DNA of 64,000 nucleotides from an uncultured delta proteobacterium (GTDB taxonomy: Bacteria > Myxococcota > Myxococcia > Myxococcales > Anaeromyxobacteraceae). A program made the position numbers and the translations under genes. The DNA is taken from contig CAWJSR010000055.1 of NCBI GenBank assembly GCA_963845515.1, forward strand, positions 64,001 to 128,000, read 5' to 3'. The notes beneath the pieces were generated by a model that was given only the letters and a program-made list of their open reading frames with translations, had not been told where the DNA came from and searched no databases. Shown in pieces: positions 29,049-39,140 of this stretch; the stretch's first letter is position 1, and each line of letters begins with the position of its first letter.

Positions 29049-30143
29049 CTACCGGACGTCGTTGGTCAGCGAGTTGGAGTCGGCGTTGTGTGGAGCGTGG
29101 CAGGTGGTGCAGCCGACCTTCCCTTCGACCAGCGAAAGCTTGTTGGAGGGAAACTGTTCGGTCGCCTCACCCTGCGCCGAGCCGTCGGCGTCGAGAGGAT
29201 CCGCCGCGTCGTAACCCTTGCCGTTCTCTCCGAGCGCCTGGTTCACGGGGTGGCTGAAGTAATTCGTTCCGTCGGCCGGGTAGGAGCCGTTACCGCCCTC
29301 GACGGTCGTGTGATTCATGTTCCGGTCCGCGTGGCAGTCCAGGCACATCGCGTCGCCGACGTTCGAGACACGCAGGTTTGGATAGGAGACGAAGAACTGC
29401 CAGGTGGCGCCGACGCTCGGAGTGGAGGTCATCCTCACCAGGACGTTCTCATCTTGAGGGAGCGGCCTGTCGTTGGCCGGCGTGTTCCCTACGGTGAACG
29501 ATATCGTCGTCCACGTAGGCGTAGCCATCCAGAAGTCGTCCGAGACCCTGAGTGAACCAGCCCCCATGACCTCCAGCTGATAGGTCTTCATGAGCGGGAA
29601 GTCCAACGCGTAGAGTGACGTGACCGTCAGGCCCCCCGTTTCCGGCGGGTTCATCGGTGCCTGCTGCACACCCACCGGATAGGAGGAGAACGCCGACTGC
29701 GGCGCGAACGTGTCCTGAATCCGCATGCCCGTCGCATCCTTCTTCCCGTGGACGTCGTGGCAGACGGAACACTGGAGGTTTCCGGAGTCGAGATACGATG
29801 CCATCTCCGGGTTCGTCGGAGCGTTGACACCCGGCGAGCCGCTCCACTTGTGGTGAATGCCGGCCGAGCCCGGAACCGCCTGGGATCCCGTCGACGACCA
29901 GTCGGGTTTGAAGAAGTTGTTTTCGGCCCTCAGAACGCCGTCGTGGCAGGTGAGGCAGGCTTCGTTATTGGTGGGCCAATTTGTGAACGTCCCTCCCACC
30001 GGAACGTGGAGCCTATGGCAGGTCTGGCAATCAGCGGGACTTCCGGAGAAGGATCCGTCGTGCGGCGCGTCGAGCGCGGCCGACGGACCGGCCCAGCAGA
30101 GAACCGTTACCGCCGCCAGGACGAGGAGCTTGAGGGTGCGCAT
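29049..30143 (-). CDS. Secreted pentaheme c-type cytochrome
   Basis: MRTLKLLVLAA...AA-LDAPHD; CQTCH, CLTCH, CSVCH, CLDCH, CTTCH; ends HNADSNSLTNDVR. Confidence 0.9.
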   Translation of the reverse strand: MRTLKLLVLAAVTVLCWAGPSAALDAPHDGSFSGSPADCQTCHRLHVPVGGTFTNWPTNNEACLTCHDGVLRAENNFFKPDWSSTGSQAVPGSAGIHHKWSGSPGVNAPTNPEMASYLDSGNLQCSVCHDVHGKKDATGMRIQDTFAPQSAFSSYPVGVQQAPMNPPETGGLTVTSLYALDFPLMKTYQLEVMGAGSLRVSDDFWMATPTWTTISFTVGNTPANDRPLPQDENVLVRMTSTPSVGATWQFFVSYPNLRVSNVGDAMCLDCHADRNMNHTTVEGGNGSYPADGTNYFSHPVNQALGENGKGYDAADPLDADGSAQGEATEQFPSNKLSLVEGKVGCTTCHAPHNADSNSLTNDVR

Positions 30144-30160
30144 GTCAGTTCCCTTTGGCA

Positions 30161-33100
30161 CTACTGAACGGAGACCGTGACGGCGTACGGCGCGCTGCGG
30201 ACCGACCCGTCGTCGACGACCAGCTCGAACCGGTAGGTGCCGGCGGCCGGCGCCCGGAAGACCGCTGCGGCGCTGGCGCCGTCGAGGGCCACCCAGGGAC
30301 CGGCTACCTGTGTCCAGCGGTAACGAGTGCACCCCGTGCTGGCGCGGCCGTCGAGGATGACCAGCTCACCCACCAGAGCATCGGTCGGCGCAGTAGCGGA
30401 CGCGACGGGGAGCACCTTGCCGGGTGCAACCACGTCGAGCCGGACGATCGCGGGAGCGCCGACTGCACCGCTGCCGTCCGTGACGGTCAGCTCGAAGGCG
30501 AACGCGCCGGTGGCGAACGGAACGACCGTGGGGGTGGCGGAGTCGGCACCCGAGAGACCGGCCGCCGGCCCTGCGACCTGGCGCCATTGGTACGTGAGCG
30601 CGGAGCCGGTGCTGGCGGAGCCGTCGAGCGTGAGGGCGGTGTTGACCGTGCCGGTCGCCGGGCCCGACGCGACCGCGGCGGGCGGTGTCGCGCTCGCCGC
30701 GAGGACTGCCACCCGGGCTGGCGGCGAGCGGAGCGCGCCGTTCCAGGCGGTGACCTCGAAGACGTAGACTCCGGGAGCAGGCGGGGTGAACGACGGAGCC
30801 GCGACGCCCGGAAGCTCGGTCGTGCCGTCGACGTGCAGCCAGGAGAAGGTGACGCCCTGCGGCAGGCTCGCGCTCGCGTCGAGCGTCACGGGGACGCCGA
30901 CCGTGGCGGTCACGACGGGGCTGGCGACGATGACCGTCGGCAGCTGATCGTCAACCACGACGACGCCGAGGGTCTCGACGCCGGCGAGGCCGGCCGGGTC
31001 GATGGCGGTCAACTGGAAGGCGTAGTAGCCGGCAGCGCTGGGCCGGACCGTGAGGCTCGGGCCGCGCGCCACGACGGAGGTGGCAGGCCCGGCGACCTGC
31101 TCCCAGGCGTAGGTGAGCGCGTCGCCGTTGGCGTCACTCGAGAACGAGCCGGAGAGCGTCACGGTGCGCCCCGGCGAGGTGACGACGTCGGCCCCCGCGT
31201 CGGCGACCGGAGCGACGTTGAGCACCTTGACCTCGGCGACCGCTGGGGCGCTGGAGGCGGTCCCACACCTCGCGATCCCCTCGAAGCGATACGTGCCGGC
31301 CTTGCGGGCTATGAACGACGGCGTGAAGGTCGTGGCGTTGCGGAGCGTGACCGCGGTGCCGGAGAGCTGGCGCCAGGCGGCGACGCAGGTCCCCGTGCCG
31401 GTGCCGGTCGCGCTGATGGTGGCGAGCCCCGGGGGAACCTCGACCGGGCCGCCGACCACGCACTGCGGGCGGTGATCGCCGCCGTCCATCGGGTTGAAGC
31501 CGGCCAGCTTCTCGGCGCGGTCGTCGTAGCCATCGCCGTCGGTGTCGGCCTTGGTCGGATCGGTGCCGAGCGCGTACTCCTCGATGTTGTTCAGGCCATC
31601 CCCGTCTGGATCGGACAGCGCATCGCTCGCGTCGTTCGGGTCGAGGCGGTGCGCCAGCTCCCAGGCGTCGGGGAGCCCGTCGCAGTCTGCGTCGCCCGCG
31701 CAGGTCGGGAGAGCGGCACCCGTCCCGAAGCGGTCCACCCGGTTGAAGAAGGAGTTGCAGACTGCGAGGTCGCCGTTGGCCATGAACGCGAGGCCGCGCG
31801 GCTGCAGCAGGTAGCTGTCCACGTCCCCCGCGCTACCGATGGTTCCCACCGGCACCCCGGTGGAAGTGATCACCTGGACGGTGGAGGCGTACGCGTCGCT
31901 CACGAAGACCCGCCCGCCGGGGCCGACGGCAAGGCCGCCGGTGTCGACCACCTGACCAAGCGCGCTTCCGGACGTAAGCATCGAGCGGAGCCAGGTCGCC
32001 GTCGTCGGGTCGAAGGCGTGGACACGGTTGCCCGTCGATCCGTCCCTCTCGGCGACCCAGAGCGTGCCGGTCGCTGCGTCGAGGGCGACGTCGGCCATGT
32101 TGCGCAGGTCCCTGCCCTCCGCCTGGGTGATGGTCGCGGCTACGGTGCCGTCCAGGCGGAAGGCCAGTACCCGCCTCGCCTCGTAGACGGTAGCCCAAAG
32201 GAGCTGCCGCTCCTCGTCCCACGCAAGGCCGGAGATCGTGCTCGAGGATTCCCACTTCATCGCGGAGAGCAGCCGCCCGTTGCCCGCGTCGACCTTGAGG
32301 ATCCCCCGCCTACCCGTGGCGACGTAGATCGCATCGCCAGCGACGGCGACGGCCGTTGCACCGAGGGAGCTCAGCGAGCTCTTCAAGTCACCTCGCCTGG
32401 TCAGGAGGTGCAGCGCGCCCGCGTTGTCCACCACGAAGAGATCGCCGGCAGTGTTGGCGGCAACGCGCCGCGGGTAGCTCATCGGCGCAGAGAGCCCCCC
32501 CTGGAAGACGGAGAGCTCGACCTCGACCGACGCGGTCCTGGTGGACACGAGGCCGTCGACGTCGGTGACCGTCACGGTGATGGAGACCGGGTCGGACGGC
32601 TGCGTGGACGGCGCTGCCCAGGTGGTGCTCGGCGAGGCGGGATCGGCGAACGTGCCGGCGGTAGCGGACCAGGCGTAGGTCAGGGGCCCGTTCCCGAAGG
32701 CCAGCGACGTCACGTCGTTGACCGAGCCGATGATGACGGCGGTGGGCGTCGTGAAGATTCCGATGAGGGGCGCGACGGGCGCCGCAACGGTTACGCTGGC
32801 GTTCGCGGCCGCGGCTGGCGACACGGCATCGAGGTACGCCTCACACGTCAGGGTCACCGTGCCTGCCGTCACCGGCGCGGTCCAGGCGAGAGTCGCGCTG
32901 GCGTGCTGGGTGACCGCTGGGAGCAGGACCGTCTCCGTTGAAGCACCCCCCGGAAACGTGCCCGAGGTCGCGCTGAACACGAGTCTGTCGATGTTCGTAC
33001 CGGCGAAGCAGTAACCCATTGAAGGAACACAGTCGTATGTGCAGGTCACGTCGGACGCGGAACCAGTTACGACCGACGTTGGCGCCGCGATCACGTTGCC

Positions 33101-33178
33101 GAGCGCCAGCGCCGCACCCGGCGCCGCAAGGAGTACCGCTGCCGCGACCACCGCATACACGAGTGCCCTTGGACTCAT
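30161..33178 (-). CDS. Secreted Ig + NHL-repeat beta-propeller + DxDxDG repeats + PKD-like domains
   Basis: Start MSPRALVYAVVAAAVLLAAPGAALA; same architecture as 3409-5895 with extra N-terminal Ig-like domains. Confidence 0.85.
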   Translation of the reverse strand: MSPRALVYAVVAAAVLLAAPGAALALGNVIAAPTSVVTGSASDVTCTYDCVPSMGYCFAGTNIDRLVFSATSGTFPGGASTETVLLPAVTQHASATLAWTAPVTAGTVTLTCEAYLDAVSPAAAANASVTVAAPVAPLIGIFTTPTAVIIGSVNDVTSLAFGNGPLTYAWSATAGTFADPASPSTTWAAPSTQPSDPVSITVTVTDVDGLVSTRTASVEVELSVFQGGLSAPMSYPRRVAANTAGDLFVVDNAGALHLLTRRGDLKSSLSSLGATAVAVAGDAIYVATGRRGILKVDAGNGRLLSAMKWESSSTISGLAWDEERQLLWATVYEARRVLAFRLDGTVAATITQAEGRDLRNMADVALDAATGTLWVAERDGSTGNRVHAFDPTTATWLRSMLTSGSALGQVVDTGGLAVGPGGRVFVSDAYASTVQVITSTGVPVGTIGSAGDVDSYLLQPRGLAFMANGDLAVCNSFFNRVDRFGTGAALPTCAGDADCDGLPDAWELAHRLDPNDASDALSDPDGDGLNNIEEYALGTDPTKADTDGDGYDDRAEKLAGFNPMDGGDHRPQCVVGGPVEVPPGLATISATGTGTGTCVAAWRQLSGTAVTLRNATTFTPSFIARKAGTYRFEGIARCGTASSAPAVAEVKVLNVAPVADAGADVVTSPGRTVTLSGSFSSDANGDALTYAWEQVAGPATSVVARGPSLTVRPSAAGYYAFQLTAIDPAGLAGVETLGVVVVDDQLPTVIVASPVVTATVGVPVTLDASASLPQGVTFSWLHVDGTTELPGVAAPSFTPPAPGVYVFEVTAWNGALRSPPARVAVLAASATPPAAVASGPATGTVNTALTLDGSASTGSALTYQWRQVAGPAAGLSGADSATPTVVPFATGAFAFELTVTDGSGAVGAPAIVRLDVVAPGKVLPVASATAPTDALVGELVILDGRASTGCTRYRWTQVAGPWVALDGASAAAVFRAPAAGTYRFELVVDDGSVRSAPYAVTVSVQ

Positions 33179-33190
33179 GGCGCCTTTCCC

Positions 33191-33206
33191 TGCAAAGCCC
33201 GAACCG
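33191..33206 (-). promoter_or_regulatory. Putative sigma54 (-24/-12) promoter of cassette 2
   Basis: Minus strand CGGTTCGGGCTTTGCA = GG-N10-GC; matches 5910-5925. Confidence 0.55.
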
Positions 33207-33315
33207 CCGGAATTCGCCCCGTTAGTCAGCCGTTTACACATTCCAAGTACCCCATCGTGCAAGGGGACGACGCACCGAGACAGGCTGAACCGAGGGGCGC
33301 GGCAGACTTCGACCG

Positions 33316-33352
33316 GGTGAAATACCCCACGCTTGCGAATGATACCCCACCC
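33316..33352. promoter_or_regulatory. Tandem putative activator-binding sites
   Basis: ATACCCCAC direct repeat at 33322 and 33342; homologous to 6031-6068. Confidence 0.55.
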
Positions 33353-33500
33353 GGCGGAACCATTGAATGTATCCGCGTGTCGTACAGCCTCGAAACGGTT
33401 ACGGATTCCTCCTACCCTCCGCTGCGCTGGGCATTTGGACGCCAGCGTGCTCTTGGACCCGTCGGGCGCGCGATCGGTCACCGAAACGTTGAGCGGTCCC

Positions 33501-33893
33501 TCACCCGTTCAGCTCCGCCTCCACGACCCGAACCCTCGCCTTCAGCCGACGCCAGAAGACGACGCCATAGACGACGAACGCGAAGGCGATGACGTGCTTC
33601 ACGATCAGGGCGGGGACCTGTCCCTTGTCGGCGAAGTGGTTCCACTCGAACTGGACGTACCAGATCGTCCTCGGGATACCGCCGAGAACGATCCAGGCGA
33701 GCGCGACGCGCGCCATCTTCGCCATCGAGCGCTGGATCTCGAGGAAGTAGCGCGAGGCATCCGGCCCACGCGGACCCGCCTCGTAGCGCCGCAGCAGCAC
33801 CCAGAGCGCGAACGCGCTCGCGGCGAGGAGCGCCGTCGCCACGTCGTGGAAGTAGTTGTTCATCATCAGGGCGATGCCGGCGGTGGGCGACAT
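33501..33893 (-). CDS. Small 3-TM membrane protein (CopD-like), HDVAT...KH
   Basis: MMNNYFHDVATALL...GIPRT...LIVKHVIAF; paralog of 9416-9769. Confidence 0.75.
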   Translation of the reverse strand: MSPTAGIALMMNNYFHDVATALLAASAFALWVLLRRYEAGPRGPDASRYFLEIQRSMAKMARVALAWIVLGGIPRTIWYVQFEWNHFADKGQVPALIVKHVIAFAFVVYGVVFWRRLKARVRVVEAELNG

Positions 33894-34023
33894 GGGGGCT
33901 CGCTGTTCGGGTTCGTGGTGTGAGCCGCATCCTCTCGCCCCCGCCCGCCGCGGTCCAGCCTCTCCCGTTGACAGCCCGCGCACGCTCGCAGATCCTCCCG
34001 CCGTGGCTTCGCCCGATCAGCGC

Positions 34024-35742
34024 ATGGCGCGCGCCCGGCTGGCCCACGCTTGGCCCGCCCTCGCCGCCGCCGCGATCGGCCTCGCGTGGTTCCTCGTCCA
34101 TGTAGGCCCGGCCGTCCTGGATCCCGGCAACGTCGCCTGGCTCATGAACGGGGACTGGGCGGCCAACTACCTGGGCTGGGCCTTCTTCAGGCATGCCCCC
34201 CTCGGCCTGCCGCTCGGCGACAACCCGATCTACCCGGTGCCGGCCGGGAGCACGCTCGGCTTCACCGACTCGATCCCGATCGTGGGCGTGCTGCTGCGCC
34301 CCATCGCGTCGCTCCTGCCCGACGACTTCCAGTACGTCGGCCCGTGGCTCGCGCTCTGCTTCGGGCTCCAGGGGTTCATCGGGGCGAAGCTGGTCCGGCT
34401 CGCGACGCCGCACCCCGTGGCGCAGGCCGCCGGCGGCGCGCTCTTCGCCCTAGCCCCTCCCCTCCTCCACCGGGTGGTCGGCCCCAACACCGGTCACGCC
34501 AGCAACACCGCCCACTGGCTGGTGCTCGCGTTCCTCTGGCTCGCCCTGGCTCCGGCCGCCCGCGGCCCCTGGCGACGGCTCGGGGCCGCCGCGGCGCTGC
34601 TGCTCGTCGCCGCGGGGGTGCACCCGTACCACGTCGTGGTGGGGTCGGCGCTCTCCGCCGCGCTCGTGCTGCGGCTCTGGCTCGTCGACCGCCTCCTCGC
34701 CTGGCGACCCGCCGCCGCCGCACTCGCCGCCGTCCCCGCCGTGGCCGCGCTCGGGCTCGCGGCCTTCGGCTACTTCACCGACGGTGTCGAGACGGCGGCC
34801 GGAGGGTTCGGCTTCTTCTCCGCCGACGCGCTGGCCCTCCTGGCGCCGATGCAGTGGTCGCGCCTCTGGACCGGCCCTTCGCTCGGCCACGGCCAGTACG
34901 AGGGGTTCGGCTACCTCGGCGCCGGCCCCCTCCTCGCGGCGCTCGCCGCGCTCGGCTCGGCGGTGGTCCGGCGGCGCGAGCTCGCGACCTCCCGCTGGCG
35001 CTCCGCCCTCCCGGCGCTCGCGGCGGCGCTCGCCCTCGCCCTCCTCTCCCTCTCCAACCGGATCACCCTCGGGGGCAGGCTCGTCGCCGAGCTCGACGCC
35101 AGCGGCCCCCTGGCTCACCTCGCGGCCACCTTCCGCTCCTCCGGCCGGTTCGTCTGGACGCTCCACTACCTCGTGCTCTTCGCGGCGCTCGCGGCGCTCG
35201 CCGCGGCGTGGCGCGACCGGCCGCGGCTCGTCGCCGGCGCCTTCGCCGTGGCCCTCGCGCTCCAGGCAGCGGAGATCCGGCCGCCGGTCCCGGTCGACTT
35301 CGGCGCCGCGCGCTGGGCTCCACCGACCAGCGAGATCTGGAGCGCCGCGCGCGACACCTACCGGCACGTGGTCCTCTACCCTCCCTATCTCCTCGCCGGC
35401 GGGGCGCTCGTCGCCCCGGAGGCGTGCGGTGGGCCGGCCGTCGGGCCCGACGGTCACCTGCCGGCGGCTGCCGTCGCCCTCCTGCTCGGCGCCAGCTTCA
35501 ACAGCGCCTACGCCGCCCGGCTGGACCCGGTCGCGTCGGGGCGCGGCTGCCTGGAGCTTCGGCGGTCCGTCGAGCTGGGACGGCTGGCTCCGGAGACGAT
35601 CTACGTGCTCACGCCCCGCTACCGTTCGATCTTCGAGGCGGCGCGCGCGACGTGCGGCACCGTGGACGGGCTCCTCGCCTGCGTGGCTGGCGGCAGCCGG
35701 GATCCGTTCAGTACGGCGCTCCGGCGCTTCGGCGCCCCCTGA
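34024..35742 (+). CDS. Multi-TM membrane protein, DUF6311-like (GT-C-like)
   Basis: WLMNGDWAANYLGWAFFR...PLG...FTDSIP, HPY, QYEGFGYLG, FRSSGRF motifs. Confidence 0.75.
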   Translation: MARARLAHAWPALAAAAIGLAWFLVHVGPAVLDPGNVAWLMNGDWAANYLGWAFFRHAPLGLPLGDNPIYPVPAGSTLGFTDSIPIVGVLLRPIASLLPDDFQYVGPWLALCFGLQGFIGAKLVRLATPHPVAQAAGGALFALAPPLLHRVVGPNTGHASNTAHWLVLAFLWLALAPAARGPWRRLGAAAALLLVAAGVHPYHVVVGSALSAALVLRLWLVDRLLAWRPAAAALAAVPAVAALGLAAFGYFTDGVETAAGGFGFFSADALALLAPMQWSRLWTGPSLGHGQYEGFGYLGAGPLLAALAALGSAVVRRRELATSRWRSALPALAAALALALLSLSNRITLGGRLVAELDASGPLAHLAATFRSSGRFVWTLHYLVLFAALAALAAAWRDRPRLVAGAFAVALALQAAEIRPPVPVDFGAARWAPPTSEIWSAARDTYRHVVLYPPYLLAGGALVAPEACGGPAVGPDGHLPAAAVALLLGASFNSAYAARLDPVASGRGCLELRRSVELGRLAPETIYVLTPRYRSIFEAARATCGTVDGLLACVAGGSRDPFSTALRRFGAP

Positions 35743-37264
35743 TCGGCTCCGCACCGGGCGGCGTCCACCAGACCCGCAGGACGGTGCGCCCGCCGGCGCC
35801 GGCGACCTCCCAGCGAGGGAGCAGCGCGGGATTGCCCGACGCCCAGCGCTCCAGCGGGCCGCCCGCGAAGCCCACCCAGTAGGTCCCACCGGGAAGCGGC
35901 GGGCGGTCCCCCTCCTCGGCCGGGACCACCTCGATCGGCGTCCCGTGGCCGAGCCAGGCGATCGGCCAGTAGGTCCACCAGTCCTCGGCGATCACGCGCG
36001 CCCGGCCCTTCGCCGCCGCCTCGCTGGAGACGAGCCGGAACGCCTCGGCCTTCGGCTCGACGGGACCGGTGAAGAAGGTCGGGTGGGAGGTGGAGCCGCG
36101 CTCGTCGATGGCCGCCAGGTAGCGCGTTCCGAAGCCCACGAGCGCCAGGGCGGCGATCCCGCCGACGAGCGCGTCCGGGACCCAGCGACGCCCGGTCGAG
36201 GCAGCTAGCTCACCCAGCAGGATCGTCACCGCGACGATGGTCGGGACGACGAGGACCATCCCGTAGCGCTCCACGTGCGGCCGCAGCGCGTTGCTTCCGG
36301 CGAGGAGGAAGAAGGACGCGAGCGTCGCCAGCCAGCCGAGCACGATCCCGGCCTCCGGTCCCGCGGGACGCTTCGCGAGCCGCACCGCCCCCACGGCGAG
36401 GAGCGAGATCAGGAGCAGCCCCACGCCGAAGTCCACCGCCCGCCGCAGGCCGCCGAACCCCTCCCCCACGACGTACTGGTAGACGGTGTCGCCGCTCAGG
36501 AAGCGGACGAAGAGGAGCGCGAAGTTGCCCGGCTCCGATGGCTCCGTCGCCCGGTCGAGCGCGCCCCCGACGTAGGCCTGCCCCGTCCCACCCGAGGTGA
36601 CGACCGGGATCAGGGCGAGTGCCGCGACGAGGAGCAGGCCGTGCAGCCCGGTGCGAGGCGCCGCCCCGCGCCAGCCCCGCCGCGCCACCTCGGCGAAGAG
36701 AAAGGTGGAGAAGAGGAATGGTCCGAGGAAGACGTTGGTCGGCTGGACCGCCAGCGCCAGCGCGAGGAGGCCGGCGCTCGCCCAGGCCACCCCCGAGAGG
36801 GCGAAGTGGAGCGCGGCGATGGCCACGAGCCCCGAGTGGCTGGCGTCCCAGCCAAAGCGCGCGTAGGCGAGATCAATGGGGAGCACCGCAGTCAGCACGA
36901 GCGCGACGAGCGCGGCCGACCGCCCGAAGTGGCGGCGTACGACGAGCCAGGTGAGGACCAACTGAGCGAGTGAGGAGATGAGCGCGGGAAGCCTCAGCGC
37001 CGCGAGGGATCGCGGCGCGAAGGGTTGGAGCAGGAGGAGCAGCCCCGAGTGGATCGGCCCGAGCAGGTTGCCGCTCGGCGTTCGCCAGTCGACCTGCTCT
37101 CCGGCGAGGAGCCGGAGCACCTGGACCCCGTACCAGGCCTCGTCGCCGTTCACCCCCGGGATGCGGCCGAGCGCGTAGCAGCGGAAGGCGACCGACACCG
37201 CGACGAGCACGGCGGCGCCCGCGAGCACAGCCCTCTCCGCGCGGGTCGAGGTGGCATGGATCAC
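35708..37264 (-). CDS. ArnT/PMT-like GT-C glycosyltransferase
   Basis: First-loop NGDEAWY, LRLP, YARFGWD, many TMs, periplasmic C-domain. Confidence 0.75.
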   Translation of the reverse strand: MIHATSTRAERAVLAGAAVLVAVSVAFRCYALGRIPGVNGDEAWYGVQVLRLLAGEQVDWRTPSGNLLGPIHSGLLLLLQPFAPRSLAALRLPALISSLAQLVLTWLVVRRHFGRSAALVALVLTAVLPIDLAYARFGWDASHSGLVAIAALHFALSGVAWASAGLLALALAVQPTNVFLGPFLFSTFLFAEVARRGWRGAAPRTGLHGLLLVAALALIPVVTSGGTGQAYVGGALDRATEPSEPGNFALLFVRFLSGDTVYQYVVGEGFGGLRRAVDFGVGLLLISLLAVGAVRLAKRPAGPEAGIVLGWLATLASFFLLAGSNALRPHVERYGMVLVVPTIVAVTILLGELAASTGRRWVPDALVGGIAALALVGFGTRYLAAIDERGSTSHPTFFTGPVEPKAEAFRLVSSEAAAKGRARVIAEDWWTYWPIAWLGHGTPIEVVPAEEGDRPPLPGGTYWVGFAGGPLERWASGNPALLPRWEVAGAGGRTVLRVWWTPPGAEPIRGRRSAGAPY

Positions 37265-37274
37265 GGGACCTCCG

Positions 37275-39113
37275 TCAGCGCCCCGTCGCGCCAGCGAGCT
37301 CCAGCTGGAGCCGGAGGACGAGCGGGTCTCCCGGCGCGGTCCGGGCGTAGTCGAGCAGGAGCGGCAGCGCGGCCGCGCCGCGCCCGGTCCGGGCCAGCGC
37401 CACCGCCGCGGTGAGCTTCCACGCGCTCATCCCGTGGCCGTGCCCCGCCCCCCTCGCCGCGCGCGCGGCGATGGCCAGGAGGTTCTCGTACCCGGCGCCG
37501 GCGGGGAGCTCGCGGGCCCTGACGAAGCGCTCCAGCGCCCCGGCTCGGCGCGCGAAGAGGATCGCGCGGGCGTCGGCGAAGATGACTGCCCAGTCCGGGT
37601 CGCGCAGGAGCGCCTCGCTCATCCGGACCAGCGTGCCGGAGGCCGGATCCGCTCCCGGGAGCAGGACCAGCTCGACGTCCGCGAGGGCCAGGAGCGCCCT
37701 GTAGACCGGCACCCCCGGCGCGAACGGAGCAGCGGCCTCCGGGTCGTCGACCGCAAGCCTGTACAGATCGAAGGCGCGGATCGAGAGCGCGCGCCCGTCG
37801 ATGAAGACCTTCACGTCGGGCGCGAGGGCGTTCACGAGGAAGCCGCCGTCGTTGTGGTCGTCGAAGAGGACGCCCTGGTAATGCGCCGCACGGATCGCGC
37901 GAACGGCCGGCTCCAGCGAGGCGTCGTAGGGAACGTCGGCGCCGAGGGCGGTGGTCGCGGCCCCGAGGTTCGCGAACCACCCGGCCACGGCCAGCACGGC
38001 GACGGCGGAGGCGACGGTCGCCGCGCGCCGGGCACGGGACACGAGCGGCTCGGCCAGCCGGAGCGCCCACGGGGCGATCCCGAGCGCGGCGACCTCGGCG
38101 GCCACGACCGCGAAGAAGGGGATGAACCGGATGGCCCGCACGCCCATCGCCGTCGCGACGAGCGCGATCGCCACCCGCTCCCACCGCACCTCGCGGGGCC
38201 GGAGGAGGTGGAGGATCAACCCCGCTCCACCCGCGATCCCGAGCCAGAAGAGCGCCGGCATGCGCCGCGCGATCCCTGCGACGGTGGCGTGGTCGAAGAT
38301 CGACTGCCACTCGACGATCTCGCGCCAGTACGGGGACGCAGACGACGCGCTCGTCCCGAAGGCCTGCCAGGCGGCCTCGAAGCCGCACGGGTTGAGGCCG
38401 CTCGCCAGGATCGCGGCGCCGACGAAGACGAAGGGGCGCGGCGCCTCGCGGAGGGAGCGGACGCGGGCGAGCGCGTAGACCCCGGCGACGCCCGCGCCGA
38501 CGACGAAGCCGGCGTGGAGGTTGGCCCAGACGACGAAGAGCACCGGGAGGGACCACTGCGCCCACCGCCGGCCCTCGAAGGCGCGGTCGAGCAGCCCGAG
38601 GAGGAGGACGAGCGCGAGGCTCGTGAAGATCTGCGGGCGGTCGGCGACGTAGGCGATCTCGACGACGATCACCTGCGCGGTCGCGCCGAGGAGCACGGCG
38701 GCGAGCGGCGCCGGGGCGCCGGCCGAGCGGAGGCGCCGCCAGGCGAGCGCGAACATGGCGCCGAGGACTGTGGCGCGCAGGAGGATGATCCCCTTCAGCC
38801 CGGCGAGCAGGTTCACCGCGTGGAAGAGGAGCTGCGCGAGCCAGAACTGCCTGAGCACGAAGTCGCGCCGGACGGTCCCCTCCCCGAAGTCGAGGCCGGG
38901 GCCGAAGGGATCGTGGTCGAGGAGCTGGCGGTGCTCCCACATCCACCTGCCCGACGCGAGGTGCCACCAGAAGTCCGGATCCACGACCGCCGTGGTGAGC
39001 GCCAGGCCGATGGCGGCGAGGAGCAGGAGCCCTGCGATCGCCGGGAGACGGGCGAGGCGGGGGTCGACCGGAGGAGTGGTGGGAGGAGCGTCGTTGCGGG
39101 CGGTCTCGACCAT
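37275..39113 (-). CDS. Multi-TM membrane protein, GT-C-like
   Basis: DPDFWWHLASGRWM, RPQIFT, WANLHAGF, NPCG, IVEW, FIDGR motifs; start could be 39131. Confidence 0.72.
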   Translation of the reverse strand: MVETARNDAPPTTPPVDPRLARLPAIAGLLLLAAIGLALTTAVVDPDFWWHLASGRWMWEHRQLLDHDPFGPGLDFGEGTVRRDFVLRQFWLAQLLFHAVNLLAGLKGIILLRATVLGAMFALAWRRLRSAGAPAPLAAVLLGATAQVIVVEIAYVADRPQIFTSLALVLLLGLLDRAFEGRRWAQWSLPVLFVVWANLHAGFVVGAGVAGVYALARVRSLREAPRPFVFVGAAILASGLNPCGFEAAWQAFGTSASSASPYWREIVEWQSIFDHATVAGIARRMPALFWLGIAGGAGLILHLLRPREVRWERVAIALVATAMGVRAIRFIPFFAVVAAEVAALGIAPWALRLAEPLVSRARRAATVASAVAVLAVAGWFANLGAATTALGADVPYDASLEPAVRAIRAAHYQGVLFDDHNDGGFLVNALAPDVKVFIDGRALSIRAFDLYRLAVDDPEAAAPFAPGVPVYRALLALADVELVLLPGADPASGTLVRMSEALLRDPDWAVIFADARAILFARRAGALERFVRARELPAGAGYENLLAIAARAARGAGHGHGMSAWKLTAAVALARTGRGAAALPLLLDYARTAPGDPLVLRLQLELAGATGR

Positions 39114-39140
39114 CGGGGCGCACTGTAGCATCGGAGCCCC

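Noticed and set aside
33179..33500. Cyclic-dinucleotide (GEMM-I) riboswitch upstream of cytochrome operons, as known in Geobacter
   Set aside because: I could not find the characteristic GNRA-tetraloop/receptor two-stem pattern here or at 5896-6194; an Rfam scan would settle it.
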